DNA of 63,596 bases, counting the filler, from Anaerolineae bacterium (GTDB taxonomy: Bacteria > Chloroflexota > Anaerolineae > B4-G1 > DUEL01), in assembly GCA_041082215.1 (NCBI GenBank). It is 14 parts of 14 records of this genome, joined end to end, with 100 filler letters (N's around TTAATTAATTAA, not from the genome) between each part and the next. Parts side by side here need not be neighbours in the genome. Positions count along the whole stretch, not along the records: positions 1 to 20,553 come from JBDOIF010000030.1; 13 more parts are not named here. One strand, written 5' to 3'. Each line of letters opens with the position of its first letter. The stretch's first letter is position 1. A program made the translations under genes and the position numbers. The notes below the pieces were generated by a model. The model did no database searches. It worked only from the letters and a program-made list of their open reading frames with translations, and was not told the origin of the DNA. Below are positions 1 through 10,309 of this stretch, piece by piece.

Positions 1-50
1 GCACGACTTTCGTCGTGCCCGTCTTCTCACTCGCAGGGGATAGTTTAAGT

Positions 51-320
51 TCAGCCGTCGCTTTCCTTCTTGGTGCTGCCTGCGGAGCTCTCTTCCCCCT
101 TGCCGGAATGGCTCTTCTTTCCGGGGGTCGCGGTGGAGGAGCCGGCCCGGTTATCGGTGACGTAGAACCCCGAGCCCTTGAAGATAATCCCTACCGGCTG
201 AATCAGCCGCTGGACCTCCCCCCCGCACTCCGGGCAGATCTGAAGTGGATCGTCGCTGAACCGCTGCATGCGCTCGAAACGGACACCACACGCCTTGCAC
301 TCATACTCATAGAGCGGCAT
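51..320 (-). CDS. FmdB-family zinc-ribbon protein
   Basis: MPLYEYECKACG...CPECGG...IIFKGSGFYVTD is typical of the family; GGGGAGGTGAGG RBS upstream of the ATG at 320. Confidence 0.85.
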   Translation of the reverse strand: MPLYEYECKACGVRFERMQRFSDDPLQICPECGGEVQRLIQPVGIIFKGSGFYVTDNRAGSSTATPGKKSHSGKGEESSAGSTKKESDG

Positions 321-357
321 AAGCCTCACCTCCCCTCACTACCGCTAAGTCTTTCAT

Positions 358-386
358 ATTATACTTCACTTCTCTCTACTTGACAA
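358..386 (-). promoter_or_regulatory. Sigma70-type promoter for the fmdB-like gene
   Basis: Minus strand TTGTCA (386-381), 17 nt, TATAAT (363-358). Confidence 0.55.
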
Positions 387-400
387 CCCCGAAAACCTCG

Positions 401-556
401 GAGGTGTATTTCAGTTTGGGGGCGAGATGTCCCTGGCCCGGGCCGGACCTGGGGAAACACGAATAGCGCGAATGGAAACGAATACCGCGAATGGAGCAGG
501 TATCCCTCCTGTTCGCTGTATTCGGGCCATTCGTGGGATTCGCGATCCACCGGCGA
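401..556 (+). repeat. Dispersed non-coding repeat, copy 1 (MITE-like, right terminal repeat missing)
   Basis: Near-identical to 9154-9306 over about 155 bp; internal CGAAT/ATTCG inverted periodic motifs. Confidence 0.8.
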
Positions 557-568
557 GCGGTCACCAAC

Positions 569-597
569 TTGACAAATCCGGTCTATTGTGATAATAT
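569..597 (+). promoter_or_regulatory. Sigma70-type promoter of the sugar operon
   Basis: TTGACA (569-574), 17 nt, TAATAT (592-597), about 40 nt before the regulator ATG. Confidence 0.55.
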
Positions 598-637
598 ATC
601 AATCAGATTCGAAACATCATTTGTCCGAAAAAGACCG

Positions 638-1411
638 ATGTCCGTTTCCCTGAAGGAAAGGCGCCTTCAACAGATACTTGAGGTCGCCCGAAGGGACGGC
701 CATGTGAGCGTCATGGAGCTCAGCCAGCGCTTCGGCGTCAGCGACGTCACGATCCGACGGGACCTGCGGGAGCTGGCTGCCCAGGGGTTGCTCCGCCGCG
801 CCCACGGAGGAGCCGTCCCCACAACCCCCGCCCCCCCCGAACCCCCTGTCATCCAGCGCATGTCGCATGAACTGGCCTGGAAAGAGGCTATCGGCCGGGC
901 CGCCGCCGCCCTGGTGTCCGATAACGAGTCGGTCTTTATCGGCTCTGGCTCCACCACCGCCCACGTCGCCCGGAACCTGCTTGACCGCAGGGGCCTCACC
1001 GTGGTCACCAACGCCCTCAATATCGCCACCGAACTGGCCGCCGCCGAGGGGATCACCGTCGTCGTCACCGGCGGGATGATGCGCGCCTCCGAGCTTTCCC
1101 TCGTAGGCCACATCGCCGAATCCTCCCTCCGCGAAGTGCGGGTGGATAAGGTCATCATCGGCATGCGCGCCATCAGCCTGGAGGCGGGGATGACCAACGA
1201 CTACCTCCCCGAAGTGATGACCGACCGCGCTATCATCGAGATGGCTCCCGAACTGATCCTGGTGGCCGACCACACCAAGTTCGGCAAGATCGCTTCCGCC
1301 TACGTCGCACCGCTGGAAAAGGTCACCACCCTGGTAACCGATCCACAAACCGACCCGCACGTCCTGGCCTCCCTCCGGGAAATGGGGATCCGCGTCATCA
1401 TCGCTCAGTAA
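638..1411 (+). CDS. DeoR/GlpR-family transcriptional regulator (AgaR-like)
   Basis: HTH VSDVTIRRDL..L, RAHGGA, GSGSTT, VVTNAL and ADHTKFG motifs. Confidence 0.92.
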   Translation: MSVSLKERRLQQILEVARRDGHVSVMELSQRFGVSDVTIRRDLRELAAQGLLRRAHGGAVPTTPAPPEPPVIQRMSHELAWKEAIGRAAAALVSDNESVFIGSGSTTAHVARNLLDRRGLTVVTNALNIATELAAAEGITVVVTGGMMRASELSLVGHIAESSLREVRVDKVIIGMRAISLEAGMTNDYLPEVMTDRAIIEMAPELILVADHTKFGKIASAYVAPLEKVTTLVTDPQTDPHVLASLREMGIRVIIAQ

Positions 1412-1429
1412 CAGGAGCAACAGGGTCCA

Positions 1430-2479
1430 ATGCCCATGGGCCTCTATACATGGCAGGAGATCATCAGCCAGCCGCAGGTCTGGCGGAGAACTTTGCAGCG
1501 CTTCGCCGATGACCGACCGAAACTGGAATCATTCCTGAAAGACCTGGCCCCCTCCTCTATCCTCGTCATCGGCTGCGGTTCCACCCACTACCTGGCCCAG
1601 AGCGCAGCGGCGCTCCTCAGCCACCACACGGGCATCCCGGCCTCCGCTTCTCCCTCTTCCGAAATCTGGCTCTTCGGCGACCCTCCCTCCACCGGTCAGA
1701 CGCTTCTCCTCGCCGTCTCCCGCTCCGGAGCAACGACGGAAACGGTCCGGGCTGCGGAGCGGTTTCGCGCGGCCAGGGGCGGGCCGGTCCTGACCGTCAC
1801 CTGTTACCCCCAAAGCCCCCTCGCCGACCAGGCCGACTTCACCCTGGTCGCCTCCGACGGGCAGGAGCAGAGTGTGGCCCAGACCCGCTCCTTCACCAGC
1901 ATGTTCCTCCTTATCCAGGCCCTCGCCGCCCTCTGGGCCAGCAACGAAGATGCACTGGAACGTCTCAACCGGCTCCCCGACCTCCTGGAAGCTCTGCTTG
2001 CCCGGCTGGGAGACCTGCCCCGCCGGTTGGGAGCCAGTCTGGACCTGGAGCGTTTCTTCTTCCTCGGCGGCGGCCCGCTTTACGGCCTGGCCAGCGAGGC
2101 CATGCTCAAGACCAAAGAGATATCCCTTTCCCACGCCGAAGCTTACCACCCCCTGGAGTTTCGCCACGGGCCGATGTCCATGGTGGACGGGCGGACGATG
2201 GTTGTGGGCCTCCTCTCGGACACCGGCCTCGCAGAGGAATGGCGGCTGCTGGAGGAGATGCGCGGGCTGGGAGCACAGACGCTGGCACTGGTGGAGGACG
2301 CTTCGGTCCTCCCTAACCGGTCGGCCGACTTCACCATCGAACTCCGCAGCGGCCTGGACGAGTGGGAACGGGGTCCCCTCTACCTGCCGGTCATCCAGCA
2401 ACTGGCTTACCACCGGGCGCTAGCAAAAGGGCTGGACCCGGACCGGCCCAATAACCTGCAGGCTGTGGTGAAGTTGTGA
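1430..2479 (+). CDS. Double SIS-domain amino-sugar-6-phosphate deaminase/isomerase (AgaS/GlmS-isomerase-like)
   Basis: EIISQP, GCGST, SRSGAT.ET, QTRSFTS, EAMLKTKE, EFRHGP and C-terminal PD.P.NL..VV; no glutaminase domain. Confidence 0.85.
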   Translation: MPMGLYTWQEIISQPQVWRRTLQRFADDRPKLESFLKDLAPSSILVIGCGSTHYLAQSAAALLSHHTGIPASASPSSEIWLFGDPPSTGQTLLLAVSRSGATTETVRAAERFRAARGGPVLTVTCYPQSPLADQADFTLVASDGQEQSVAQTRSFTSMFLLIQALAALWASNEDALERLNRLPDLLEALLARLGDLPRRLGASLDLERFFFLGGGPLYGLASEAMLKTKEISLSHAEAYHPLEFRHGPMSMVDGRTMVVGLLSDTGLAEEWRLLEEMRGLGAQTLALVEDASVLPNRSADFTIELRSGLDEWERGPLYLPVIQQLAYHRALAKGLDPDRPNNLQAVVKL

Positions 2480-3483
2480 TGAGCGCCAGCCACCGCCCTA
2501 CCATAGATATCCACGTGCACGTCCACCCGGGCCAGGCGGAGGCCCTGCTGGAGATTATGGATGCCAGCGGACTGAGCCATGTGGCCAATCTGGGCATCCT
2601 GGAGGTGCTGGGTATCCCCTTTGAGGAAGGGATGCAGACCTTCCGTCGGGTGCTGGGGGACCGCTTCGTCTATTTCACCACACCCGACTTCCGCGACACC
2701 GCCCCTGGCTTCGGTAAACGGATGGCGGAAGAGCTGGCACGTAAGGTGGATGCAGGGGCAGCAGGGCTCAAAATCTTTAAAGAACTGGGGTTGCGCCACC
2801 GCGATGTGGACGGTCACCTCATCCCTGTGGACGACCCCCGGCTCGATCCTCTCTGGGATATGGCAGGGGAGTTAGGGGTTCCTGTCCTCATTCACACCGC
2901 CGATCCGGTGGCCTTCTTCCAGCCACTGGACGAACAGAACGAGCGGTGGGAGGAGCTCCAGCGGCATCCCGAATGGCACTTCGGGAAGCCCGGCTTCCCC
3001 GACCACGACTCCCTCCTGGCCCAGCGCAATCGGGTCATCGAGCGCCATCCCCAAACGACCTTCATCGGCGCCCACCTGGGCAACTTTCCGGAAAACCTGG
3101 CCTATGTGGACCGTTGCCTGGAGCGCTATCCCAATTTCTACGTGGACACCGCGGCCCGCATCGGCGAGATTGGCCGCCACCCGGCCGGGGAGGTCCGGGA
3201 TTTCTTCTGCAAACACCAGGACCGGATCCTCTTCGGCTCCGACCTCACCCTGGGGTGGGACGCCTTCGAGGAGGAGGAATCGGAGCGGGAGGACCTGGAC
3301 GGCCAGGCCGGTTTTTACGATGCCCATTGGCGTTTCTTCGAGACGAACGAGCGGCAGGTCGAGTACCCCGGCTACCCCATTCAGGGGCGATGGAAAGTAG
3401 ATTGCATCGGCCTGCCGGAAGGGGTGCTGGAAAAGCTGTACGTTCGCAACGCGCAACGGCTGATCCCGGCTTTCCGGCGCTAA
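2479..3483 (+). CDS. Metal-dependent amidohydrolase (Amidohydro_2 family)
   Basis: IDIHVH, GLKIFK, PVLIHTADP, IGAH, RILFGSD; start overlaps the upstream stop. Confidence 0.8.
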   Translation: MSASHRPTIDIHVHVHPGQAEALLEIMDASGLSHVANLGILEVLGIPFEEGMQTFRRVLGDRFVYFTTPDFRDTAPGFGKRMAEELARKVDAGAAGLKIFKELGLRHRDVDGHLIPVDDPRLDPLWDMAGELGVPVLIHTADPVAFFQPLDEQNERWEELQRHPEWHFGKPGFPDHDSLLAQRNRVIERHPQTTFIGAHLGNFPENLAYVDRCLERYPNFYVDTAARIGEIGRHPAGEVRDFFCKHQDRILFGSDLTLGWDAFEEEESEREDLDGQAGFYDAHWRFFETNERQVEYPGYPIQGRWKVDCIGLPEGVLEKLYVRNAQRLIPAFRR

Positions 3484-3579
3484 AACGGCCTTCAGGAGAG
3501 GAGGTGTGCAGCAGGAAGAGGGGAAGAAGAAAGGAATTAGGGCGTTTGGAAACCAGGATCAATCCATAGGAGGGAGAAG

Positions 3580-4929
3580 ATGGACAGGAAGGTGCTCCTG
3601 ATCGGGTTCGTTCTGCTGCTGGTTGTGAGCCTGGTCGCCTGCGGCCCCTCCGCGACCGAAACACCTGCCACGGAGGAGGCCGGTGCGGCAGAGACAGCGC
3701 CGCCGGAAGGGGCCGGACCGGGAGGGATCAGCCTGCGGATGTGGGCGCACCAGAACCCCGCCTTTAACGCAGGGTACCAGGCGCTGATCGAGGCTTACCA
3801 GTCCGCACATCCCGATGTGACGATCGCGCTGGAGACCTTCGATTACGACACCTATATCCAGACCCTTCAAACGGCGATGCCAGCAGGCGAAGAGGCCGAC
3901 ATCATCCAGTTGTTCGGCACGTGGACCAGCGAGTACGCCGGCCGCCTGGCACCCGCGCCGGAGGATGTGATGACGGTGGAGGAGGCTCAGGACCTCTTCT
4001 ACGCCGCTCCTATCGGCGGCTTCATCGTGGATGGTGTGCTATATGGCCTGCCCCAGGAGTTCAATATGGAATACGGCGGCGTCCTGGTGAATAAGACGCT
4101 GTACGAGCAGGCTGGCCTCCCCTATCCGCCGCAGTGGGAAACGATGGAGGACGTCCTCAGGGATGCCCAGGCTCTGGTCCAGACCGACGAGACGGGCATG
4201 ATGACGGTGGCCGGTTTCCATTTCACTGCCTCTGACCCCGCCTCCTTCTCGTTCCTGGCTGGCATCCTCCAGCACGGCGGCGACTACTGGAACGCCGACC
4301 ACACCGGCTTCACCTTCAACACGCCGGAGGCCAGAGCAACGCTGGAATGGATGGTCTCCGCCGTGGAGGAGTGGGGCGTGGTGGACCCCGTGCTGTTCAA
4401 CGATGAGGAAAACTGGGTCGGCCAGGCCTTCTTTGAGAGCCGGGTGGCCATCGGCTACATCGGCGCCTGGGCCATCGCCGAGGGGCGGGCCAACTACCCG
4501 GACTTTCCGGACGAGTGGGACTACTTCTACCTGCCGCCTATGGTGGAGGGAAGCGACCCCCTCTTCGTCGCCGATTCGGGCTGGGGACTGGCCGTATCTC
4601 CCAACAGCCAGCACCAGGATGTGGCCTGGGACTTTGTGAAGTTTGTGGCAGCCAATGTGGACAATGCCCGTCAGTGGAACATCGCCAGCGGCACCATCCC
4701 GGCCATTCCTGAGGTCGCCGAATCCGACGAGATCGCCGCGGCCATGCCGTGGGTGCCGCGGGCGCTGGAGATCCTTCCCTACGGCCGTTACCTGGGCAGC
4801 ATGCCTGACCGCGACCTGGTGATCTACGAAATCGTCTACCCTCACATCCTCAACACACTCCAGGGGGTGGAGACGGTGGATGAGGCACTGGAAGCAATAG
4901 ACGCCGAGGCGAACGCCACCTTCGAGTAG
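3580..4929 (+). CDS. Carbohydrate ABC transporter solute-binding lipoprotein
   Basis: Lipobox LVAC, P/T/A linker, family-1 SBP features (G.LYGLP, AWDFVKF); GGAGG RBS. Confidence 0.88.
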   Translation: MDRKVLLIGFVLLLVVSLVACGPSATETPATEEAGAAETAPPEGAGPGGISLRMWAHQNPAFNAGYQALIEAYQSAHPDVTIALETFDYDTYIQTLQTAMPAGEEADIIQLFGTWTSEYAGRLAPAPEDVMTVEEAQDLFYAAPIGGFIVDGVLYGLPQEFNMEYGGVLVNKTLYEQAGLPYPPQWETMEDVLRDAQALVQTDETGMMTVAGFHFTASDPASFSFLAGILQHGGDYWNADHTGFTFNTPEARATLEWMVSAVEEWGVVDPVLFNDEENWVGQAFFESRVAIGYIGAWAIAEGRANYPDFPDEWDYFYLPPMVEGSDPLFVADSGWGLAVSPNSQHQDVAWDFVKFVAANVDNARQWNIASGTIPAIPEVAESDEIAAAMPWVPRALEILPYGRYLGSMPDRDLVIYEIVYPHILNTLQGVETVDEALEAIDAEANATFE

Positions 4930-5000
4930 CGACGCAACGGGCCGGCTGCAGGGACGCGGCGATGCCGCATCCCTCCATCACCCCGAACGGAGAGGAGGAT

Positions 5001-5978
5001 ATGCGCCATCCCACTCTTCGACCCGTAAGACGAAACAGCGGCCGGACGGCCAGCCAGCGCCGCTTCGTCCTGGGCGTCACATTTCCCACCATCCTCTACG
5101 CCGCCGCGTTCTCCCTGCTTCCCATCGTCTGGGCACTGGCGCTGATGTTCTTCGAGTACAGCCCGGGACGAGCGGGGGGGGCGATCCTGGGGCTGGGGGG
5201 GGATAACCCCTTCGTGGGCCTGGAACATTTCCGCAATATGGTGGTGGGGATGTCGCGGGAAGCCCGCCTCTTCCGCGTCAGCCTGCGAAATACCCTTGTC
5301 TTCGCCTTCGCCGTGCTTCCCCTCAACCTGGCGATCACCCTCCCGCTGGCCGCCCTCATCGAGTCGGTGCGGGGTCGGCTGAAGACCGCCTTCCGGGCCA
5401 TCTACTTCCTCCCCGCCGTCACCTCCTCGGTGGGCGTGGCTATGATGTGGGGGTTCATCTACGATCCCCAGAAAGGGCTGCTGAACGCCGTCATCCGCCT
5501 GATCGGCGGCACCCCCATCGCCTGGCTCTCCGACCCCAGAACCAAGTTCCTGGGCATCTCGGTAGCCTTATGGGCTGTGATCGCCGCCTATCTGTGGCAG
5601 GACTTCGGCTACAACCTGGTGATCTTCATCGCCGCCCTTCAGGGCATCCCCCACGAGTTCAAAGAGGCAGCAATGGTGGACGGGGCCAGCCCCCTTCAGG
5701 TCTTCCTGAAAATAACCGTGCCCCTGCTCCGCCCCACCCTCCTCTTCGTCTGCGTGATGACGATGCTCTCCTCCTTCCAGGTCTTCGACATTATCCAGGT
5801 GATGACCGACGGCGGGCCGAACTATCAGACCCACGTTCTGGTGCTCGACATTTATAACAATGCCTTCCGCTACCAGCGAATGGGCTGGGCGGCTGCCGGC
5901 TCCTTCGTGCTCACCGTCGTGGTGATGCTCATCACCATCTTCCAGATGCGGCTGCTGCGCACCGAATGGGAGTATTGA
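5001..5978 (+). CDS. Carbohydrate ABC transporter permease
   Basis: FVGLEHF, EAA loop (EAAMVDGA), multiple TM segments. Confidence 0.9.
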   Translation: MRHPTLRPVRRNSGRTASQRRFVLGVTFPTILYAAAFSLLPIVWALALMFFEYSPGRAGGAILGLGGDNPFVGLEHFRNMVVGMSREARLFRVSLRNTLVFAFAVLPLNLAITLPLAALIESVRGRLKTAFRAIYFLPAVTSSVGVAMMWGFIYDPQKGLLNAVIRLIGGTPIAWLSDPRTKFLGISVALWAVIAAYLWQDFGYNLVIFIAALQGIPHEFKEAAMVDGASPLQVFLKITVPLLRPTLLFVCVMTMLSSFQVFDIIQVMTDGGPNYQTHVLVLDIYNNAFRYQRMGWAAAGSFVLTVVVMLITIFQMRLLRTEWEY

Positions 5979-5979
5979 G

Positions 5980-6867
5980 ATGACAACCGCTGTCCGCTCA
6001 TTAAGGCTCGTCCTGGCCCGCCGTCGGTTACCACCGCCCACGCTTCGCTACAACCTGGGGCAGATTCTGGTCTACTTCCTGCTGATCCTGGGTCTCTCGG
6101 CCACACTGACGCCGTTTGCCTGGATGATCCTCACCTCTTTCAAGACAGCGACGGAGATCCTGCGCACACCCCCCACCTTCTGGCCGGAGAACCCCACGCT
6201 GGACAACTATCGGACCATCCTCCAGGACCCCCAGTTGCCGCTCCTGCGCTTCTACGGCAACAGCGCCTTCGTCGCCGTCAGCAACGTCATCACCACCCTC
6301 TTCACCAGCTCCCTCCTCGGCTACCTTTTCGCCAAGTACGAGTTCCGGGGCAAGCAGGCCCTCTTCGGCTTCTTCCTGCTCACCATGATGATCCCCTCCC
6401 AGATGACAATGATCCCTGGCTACCTGATCCTGGTCAAACTCCATCTGATCAACACTCTCTGGGGCCTCGTCCTGCCCAGTTTCCTGGACGCATTCGGCAT
6501 ATTTATGATGCGGCAGTTCATCGAGACTATCCCCAACGAACTGCTGGACGCCGCCCGGATTGACGGGGCGTCGGAGTGGCAGATCTTCCTCCGCATCGTG
6601 CTGCCTCAGTTGGGACCGGCGCTGGCCACGCTGGGCACCCTGAACTTTATGGGGAACTGGAACGCTTACCTGTGGCCTATGGTCGTCATCACCCGGCTGG
6701 AACGACGGACGCTGCCCATCATCCTCACCTGGTACTCGACGCAGCACACCACCCAGCCCCACATCACGATGGCTGCCTCTGTCCTGATGGTGATGCCCAT
6801 CCTGGCGGTCTACTTCTTCTTCCAGCGGTGGATCGTGCGGGGCATCACGTTGACGGGGTTCAAGTAG
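5980..6867 (+). CDS. Carbohydrate ABC transporter permease
   Basis: [12 protein letters not shown] loop, [17 protein letters not shown]. Confidence 0.9.
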   Translation: MTTAVRSLRLVLARRRLPPPTLRYNLGQILVYFLLILGLSATLTPFAWMILTSFKTATEILRTPPTFWPENPTLDNYRTILQDPQLPLLRFYGNSAFVAVSNVITTLFTSSLLGYLFAKYEFRGKQALFGFFLLTMMIPSQMTMIPGYLILVKLHLINTLWGLVLPSFLDAFGIFMMRQFIETIPNELLDAARIDGASEWQIFLRIVLPQLGPALATLGTLNFMGNWNAYLWPMVVITRLERRTLPIILTWYSTQHTTQPHITMAASVLMVMPILAVYFFFQRWIVRGITLTGFK

Positions 6868-6875
6868 GAGGATCC

Positions 6876-8183
6876 ATGCCCAAGATCGCTTTTATCGGTG
6901 CCGGAAGTGTGGTCTTCACCAAAGAGCTCCTCGGCGCGATCCTCTCCTTCCCGGAGCTCCACGGCGCTACCATCGCCCTGCACGACATCGCCCCGCGCCG
7001 GCTGGACGCGGCGGAGCGGATGGCCCACCGGATTTCCGACGAGCTGAAGGCCGGCGCCCTCATCCAGGCCTCCCTCGACCGCCGGGCCGCGCTGGAAGGA
7101 GCCGACTACGTCATCAACACCGTCGCCGTCGGCGGGATGGAGGCCACCCGGCTGGACCACGAGATCCCTGCCCGGTACGGCATCCGTCAGGTCATCGGCG
7201 ACACCCTCGGCATCGGCGGCATCTCCCGGGCCGTGCGCACCATCCCGGTCGTGCTGGAGATTGCCCGGGACATGGAATCCCTCTGCCCCAACGGGATCCT
7301 CCTTAACTATGCCAACCCGATGTCCATGGTCACCTGGGCCGTCTATCGCGCCACCTCCGTCCCGGTGGTGGGCCTCTGCCACAGCATCTACTGGACCTCG
7401 GTCCAGTTGGCCGGGTATATCGGCGCCCCCTTTGACGAGATCACCTTCGACGGAGCCGGAATCAACCACCAGGCCTGGATCCTCCGCTTCGAGCGGAACG
7501 GCTATGACGCCTACCCGGAACTGCGCCAGGCGATGAAGCGGCCCGAGGTCTGGCAGCAGGACCCGGTTCGCTTCGAGATGTTCCGTCGCCTGGGGTACTT
7601 TGTCACCGAGTCCTCCTTCCATAACGCCGAATACACCTCCTACTTCCTCAAGCGGCCAGACCTGATCGAGCGGTTCGGCATCCCCGTCGGCTTCTACTTG
7701 AAGGAGCTGGAGGAGCTGGCCCGGGAGTTCGAGGAGACCTACGAGGCGCTGCTCGCTGGCAGGCCCCTGCCCATCGAACCTACCCCCGAATACGCCCCTC
7801 AGATCATCCACGCGATGGAAACAGGCCAGGTCCGTAAGATCTACGGGAACGTGGCAAACACCGGACTGATCCCGAACCTGCCCTGGGGGTGCTGTGTCGA
7901 AGTGCCCTGCGTGGTTGACAGGACAGGGGTCCATCCCTGCTATGCAGGAGAACTTCCGCCCCCCCTGGCCGCCATCAACCGGGTCAGCGTCAACGTCCAG
8001 GAACTGACCGTTCGCGCGGTGCTGGAGGGCCGTCGGGAGTACCTCTACCATGCCGCCATGCTCGATCCCCTGGCCTCGGCGCTTCTGGACCTGGACCAGG
8101 TGTGGGCGCTGGTGGATGAGCTGCTGGAGGCCCACGGAAGATACGTCCCGGAGTCGCTGGGCGGCGGGTGGAGGGCTGGGTGA
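6876..8183 (+). CDS. Glycoside hydrolase family 4 (alpha-galactosidase/MelA-like)
   Basis: KIAFIGAGS, DTLGIGG, NYANP, GLCHS, GINH, TESS.H..EY; AGGAGG RBS before the ATG at 6876. Confidence 0.88.
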   Translation: MPKIAFIGAGSVVFTKELLGAILSFPELHGATIALHDIAPRRLDAAERMAHRISDELKAGALIQASLDRRAALEGADYVINTVAVGGMEATRLDHEIPARYGIRQVIGDTLGIGGISRAVRTIPVVLEIARDMESLCPNGILLNYANPMSMVTWAVYRATSVPVVGLCHSIYWTSVQLAGYIGAPFDEITFDGAGINHQAWILRFERNGYDAYPELRQAMKRPEVWQQDPVRFEMFRRLGYFVTESSFHNAEYTSYFLKRPDLIERFGIPVGFYLKELEELAREFEETYEALLAGRPLPIEPTPEYAPQIIHAMETGQVRKIYGNVANTGLIPNLPWGCCVEVPCVVDRTGVHPCYAGELPPPLAAINRVSVNVQELTVRAVLEGRREYLYHAAMLDPLASALLDLDQVWALVDELLEAHGRYVPESLGGGWRAG

Positions 8184-8186
8184 ATA

Positions 8187-8220
8187 GGTGATTGGGTGAT
8201 TGGGTAATTGGGGAACTGGG
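8187..8220. repeat. Short tandem octamer repeat (GGTGATTG-like)
   Basis: ggtgattg ggtgattg ggtaattg gggaactg; complementary family copy at about 54225-54260. Confidence 0.6.
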
Positions 8221-8221
8221 T

Positions 8222-9133
8222 ATGTTACAGAGAATGCTTCCCCTCTTTTTCGGTGTGGTTCTCCTGCTGGTAGCTGCCTGTGGTACTGGCTCTCCCCCTC
8301 CCACACCGGATTGGCTGGCTGTGAACGATTTCCTCTACCAGCTTCAGCGAGCCGACCCGGAGCGGATCGGAGAGACCGCCTACGACCTGGTGGTCATCCC
8401 TATCGGGGCAGCCGGCGGCAGCCGGGAAGTGATCGAGAAGCTCAAGCACAGCCCCGGCGGGGAGAAGATCGTCCTCTGCTATATGAGTATCGGGCAGGCA
8501 GAGGACTACCGCTTCTACTGGCAACCCGCCTGGAAAGAAAACCCACCCCCCTGGCTTGCCGAACCCGACCCCGATTGGTCCGGCGATTACTGGGTCCATT
8601 TCTGGGACCCCGAATGGCAGGCCATCATTTACGGCTCGCCGGAGAGCTACCTGGACCGTATCCTCGAGCTGGGGTTCGATGGAGTCTATCTGGACCGGGT
8701 GGACGCCTACGAGTACTGGCAGGAGCGGGGACGGGAGACCGCAGCGCGGGAGATGGCTGACTTCGTCATCTCACTCGCCGAATATGCCCGGGCGCGACAC
8801 CCCGGCTTCGGGGTCTTCCCCCAGAACGCCGAAGAGCTGGGGCTGCTGTTCCCGGATTATCTGGAGACAGTCACAGGCATCGGCGTGGAGGACCTCTATT
8901 ACGGCTATCCCCGCGACAACGCCCCTTCCCCACCGGGATGGACCGCACAGCGGGAAGCGGTCCTGGACCGGTGGGTGGCGGCGGGCAAACTGGTGTTGAC
9001 GATAGACTACACCCGCATCCCGGAGCAAATAGATGACGCCTACGCCCGCGCCCAGAAGCGAGGGTATATCCCCTTCGTGACGGTCCGTTCGCTGGGGTTG
9101 CTGATGATCAACGAGGGCCACGAGCCGGATTGA
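8222..9133 (+). CDS. GH114 / MJ1477-TM1410-family putative endo-alpha-1,4-galactosaminidase lipoprotein
   Basis: Lipobox VAAC; CYMSIGQAEDYRFYW, GFDGVYLDRVDAY, QNA and EDLYY motifs. Confidence 0.78.
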   Translation: MLQRMLPLFFGVVLLLVAACGTGSPPPTPDWLAVNDFLYQLQRADPERIGETAYDLVVIPIGAAGGSREVIEKLKHSPGGEKIVLCYMSIGQAEDYRFYWQPAWKENPPPWLAEPDPDWSGDYWVHFWDPEWQAIIYGSPESYLDRILELGFDGVYLDRVDAYEYWQERGRETAAREMADFVISLAEYARARHPGFGVFPQNAEELGLLFPDYLETVTGIGVEDLYYGYPRDNAPSPPGWTAQREAVLDRWVAAGKLVLTIDYTRIPEQIDDAYARAQKRGYIPFVTVRSLGLLMINEGHEPD

Positions 9134-9153
9134 GGTACGTGGCAATGGCTCGA

Positions 9154-9345
9154 GAGGTGTATTTCAGTCTGGGGGCGAGATTCCCTGGCCCGGGCTGGGC
9201 CTGCGGCAACACGAATGGCGCGAATGGAAACGAATACCGCGAATGGAGCAGGTATCCCTCCTGTTCGCTATATTCGGGCCATTCGTGGGATTCGCGATCC
9301 ATCGGCGGGCGAGAGGACCACTCGCCCCGAAGTTGAAATACGCCC
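9154..9345 (+). mobile_element. MITE-like element, copy 2 (complete, about 192 bp)
   Basis: Imperfect terminal inverted repeats GAGGTGTATTTCAGTCTGGGGGCGAG and CTCGCCCCGAAGTTGAAATACGCCC; body matches 401-556. Confidence 0.65.
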
Positions 9346-9358
9346 GGCTGGGGGCGAG

Positions 9359-10309
9359 ATGGCCGAGAAGCGCGTCCTCGTCGTTGGCGAGCTGAACGTA
9401 GACCTGATCGTGAGTGGCCTGGAGGCCTTCCCCGCCCTGGGGCGGGAGATCCTGGCCGGTGGGTTCCAGGTAGTGCTGGGCAGCTCCTCCGCCATCTGCG
9501 CGGCCGGCCTGGCCCGCCTGGGTGCCAGGGTGGATTTCCTCGGCAGGGTCGGCACCGACGACTACGGCGCTTTCATCGTCGGGGAGCTGGAGCGATTGGG
9601 CGTCGGCACGGCCCGGGTGATCCGCGACCCGGTGGCGCGCACCGGCGCCACCATCTCGCTGACCTATCCACAGGACCGCGCCCTGATCACCTATCTGGGA
9701 TGCATTCCTCACCTGACGGTGGACGATGTTGACCCCTCGATCCTTCGCCGCTACCACCATCTGCACGTCGGCTCCTATTTCCTCCAGGCGGGGTTGCAGC
9801 CCGGGTTGCCTGCGCTGTTCCGTCGGGCCCATCAGGCAGGGCTGACCGTTTCGCTGGACGTCGGGTGCGACCCTCAGGGGAAATGGGGCGGAGAGGAGTT
9901 GCTGGCCCTGCTGGGGGAGGTGGACATCTTCCTGCCGAACGAAGAGGAGGCCCGTTCCATCGCCGGGGTGGAGGAGACGGAGGCAGCCCTTCGCCAATTG
10001 TCGGAGCGGGCCCGGCTGGTGGTCGTCAAATGCGGCTCCTCCGGGGCGATCTCCCTTTACGAAGGCCGCGTCGTCCACAGCCCCGCCTTCCGGGTCAACG
10101 CCATAGACACCACCGGCGCGGGGGATTCCTTCAACGCTGGCTTCATCTACGCCTGCATGCTGCAGGAGATGCCGCTCCCGGAGGCGCTGCGCTTCGCCAA
10201 TGCCTGTGGGGCTCTCTCCACCACCGGCCTCGGCGGCACTGCCGCCCAGCCCACCCTCGAAGAGGTCACCCTCTTCCTGTCCCGCGCAGCGGAGGTTGGG
10301 GGCCATTGA
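9359..10309 (+). CDS. PfkB-family carbohydrate kinase
   Basis: VVGELNVD, GRVGTDDYG, PNEEEA and DTTGAGDSFNAG signature. Confidence 0.92.
   Translation: MAEKRVLVVGELNVDLIVSGLEAFPALGREILAGGFQVVLGSSSAICAAGLARLGARVDFLGRVGTDDYGAFIVGELERLGVGTARVIRDPVARTGATISLTYPQDRALITYLGCIPHLTVDDVDPSILRRYHHLHVGSYFLQAGLQPGLPALFRRAHQAGLTVSLDVGCDPQGKWGGEELLALLGEVDIFLPNEEEARSIAGVEETEAALRQLSERARLVVVKCGSSGAISLYEGRVVHSPAFRVNAIDTTGAGDSFNAGFIYACMLQEMPLPEALRFANACGALSTTGLGGTAAQPTLEEVTLFLSRAAEVGGH

Noticed and set aside
359..567. Small ORFs 359-550, 376-567, 9108-9302 and 9130-9336 as duplicated genes
   Set aside because: They are translations of the non-coding repeat element, as are the N-terminal extensions of the ORFs starting at 491 and 9215.
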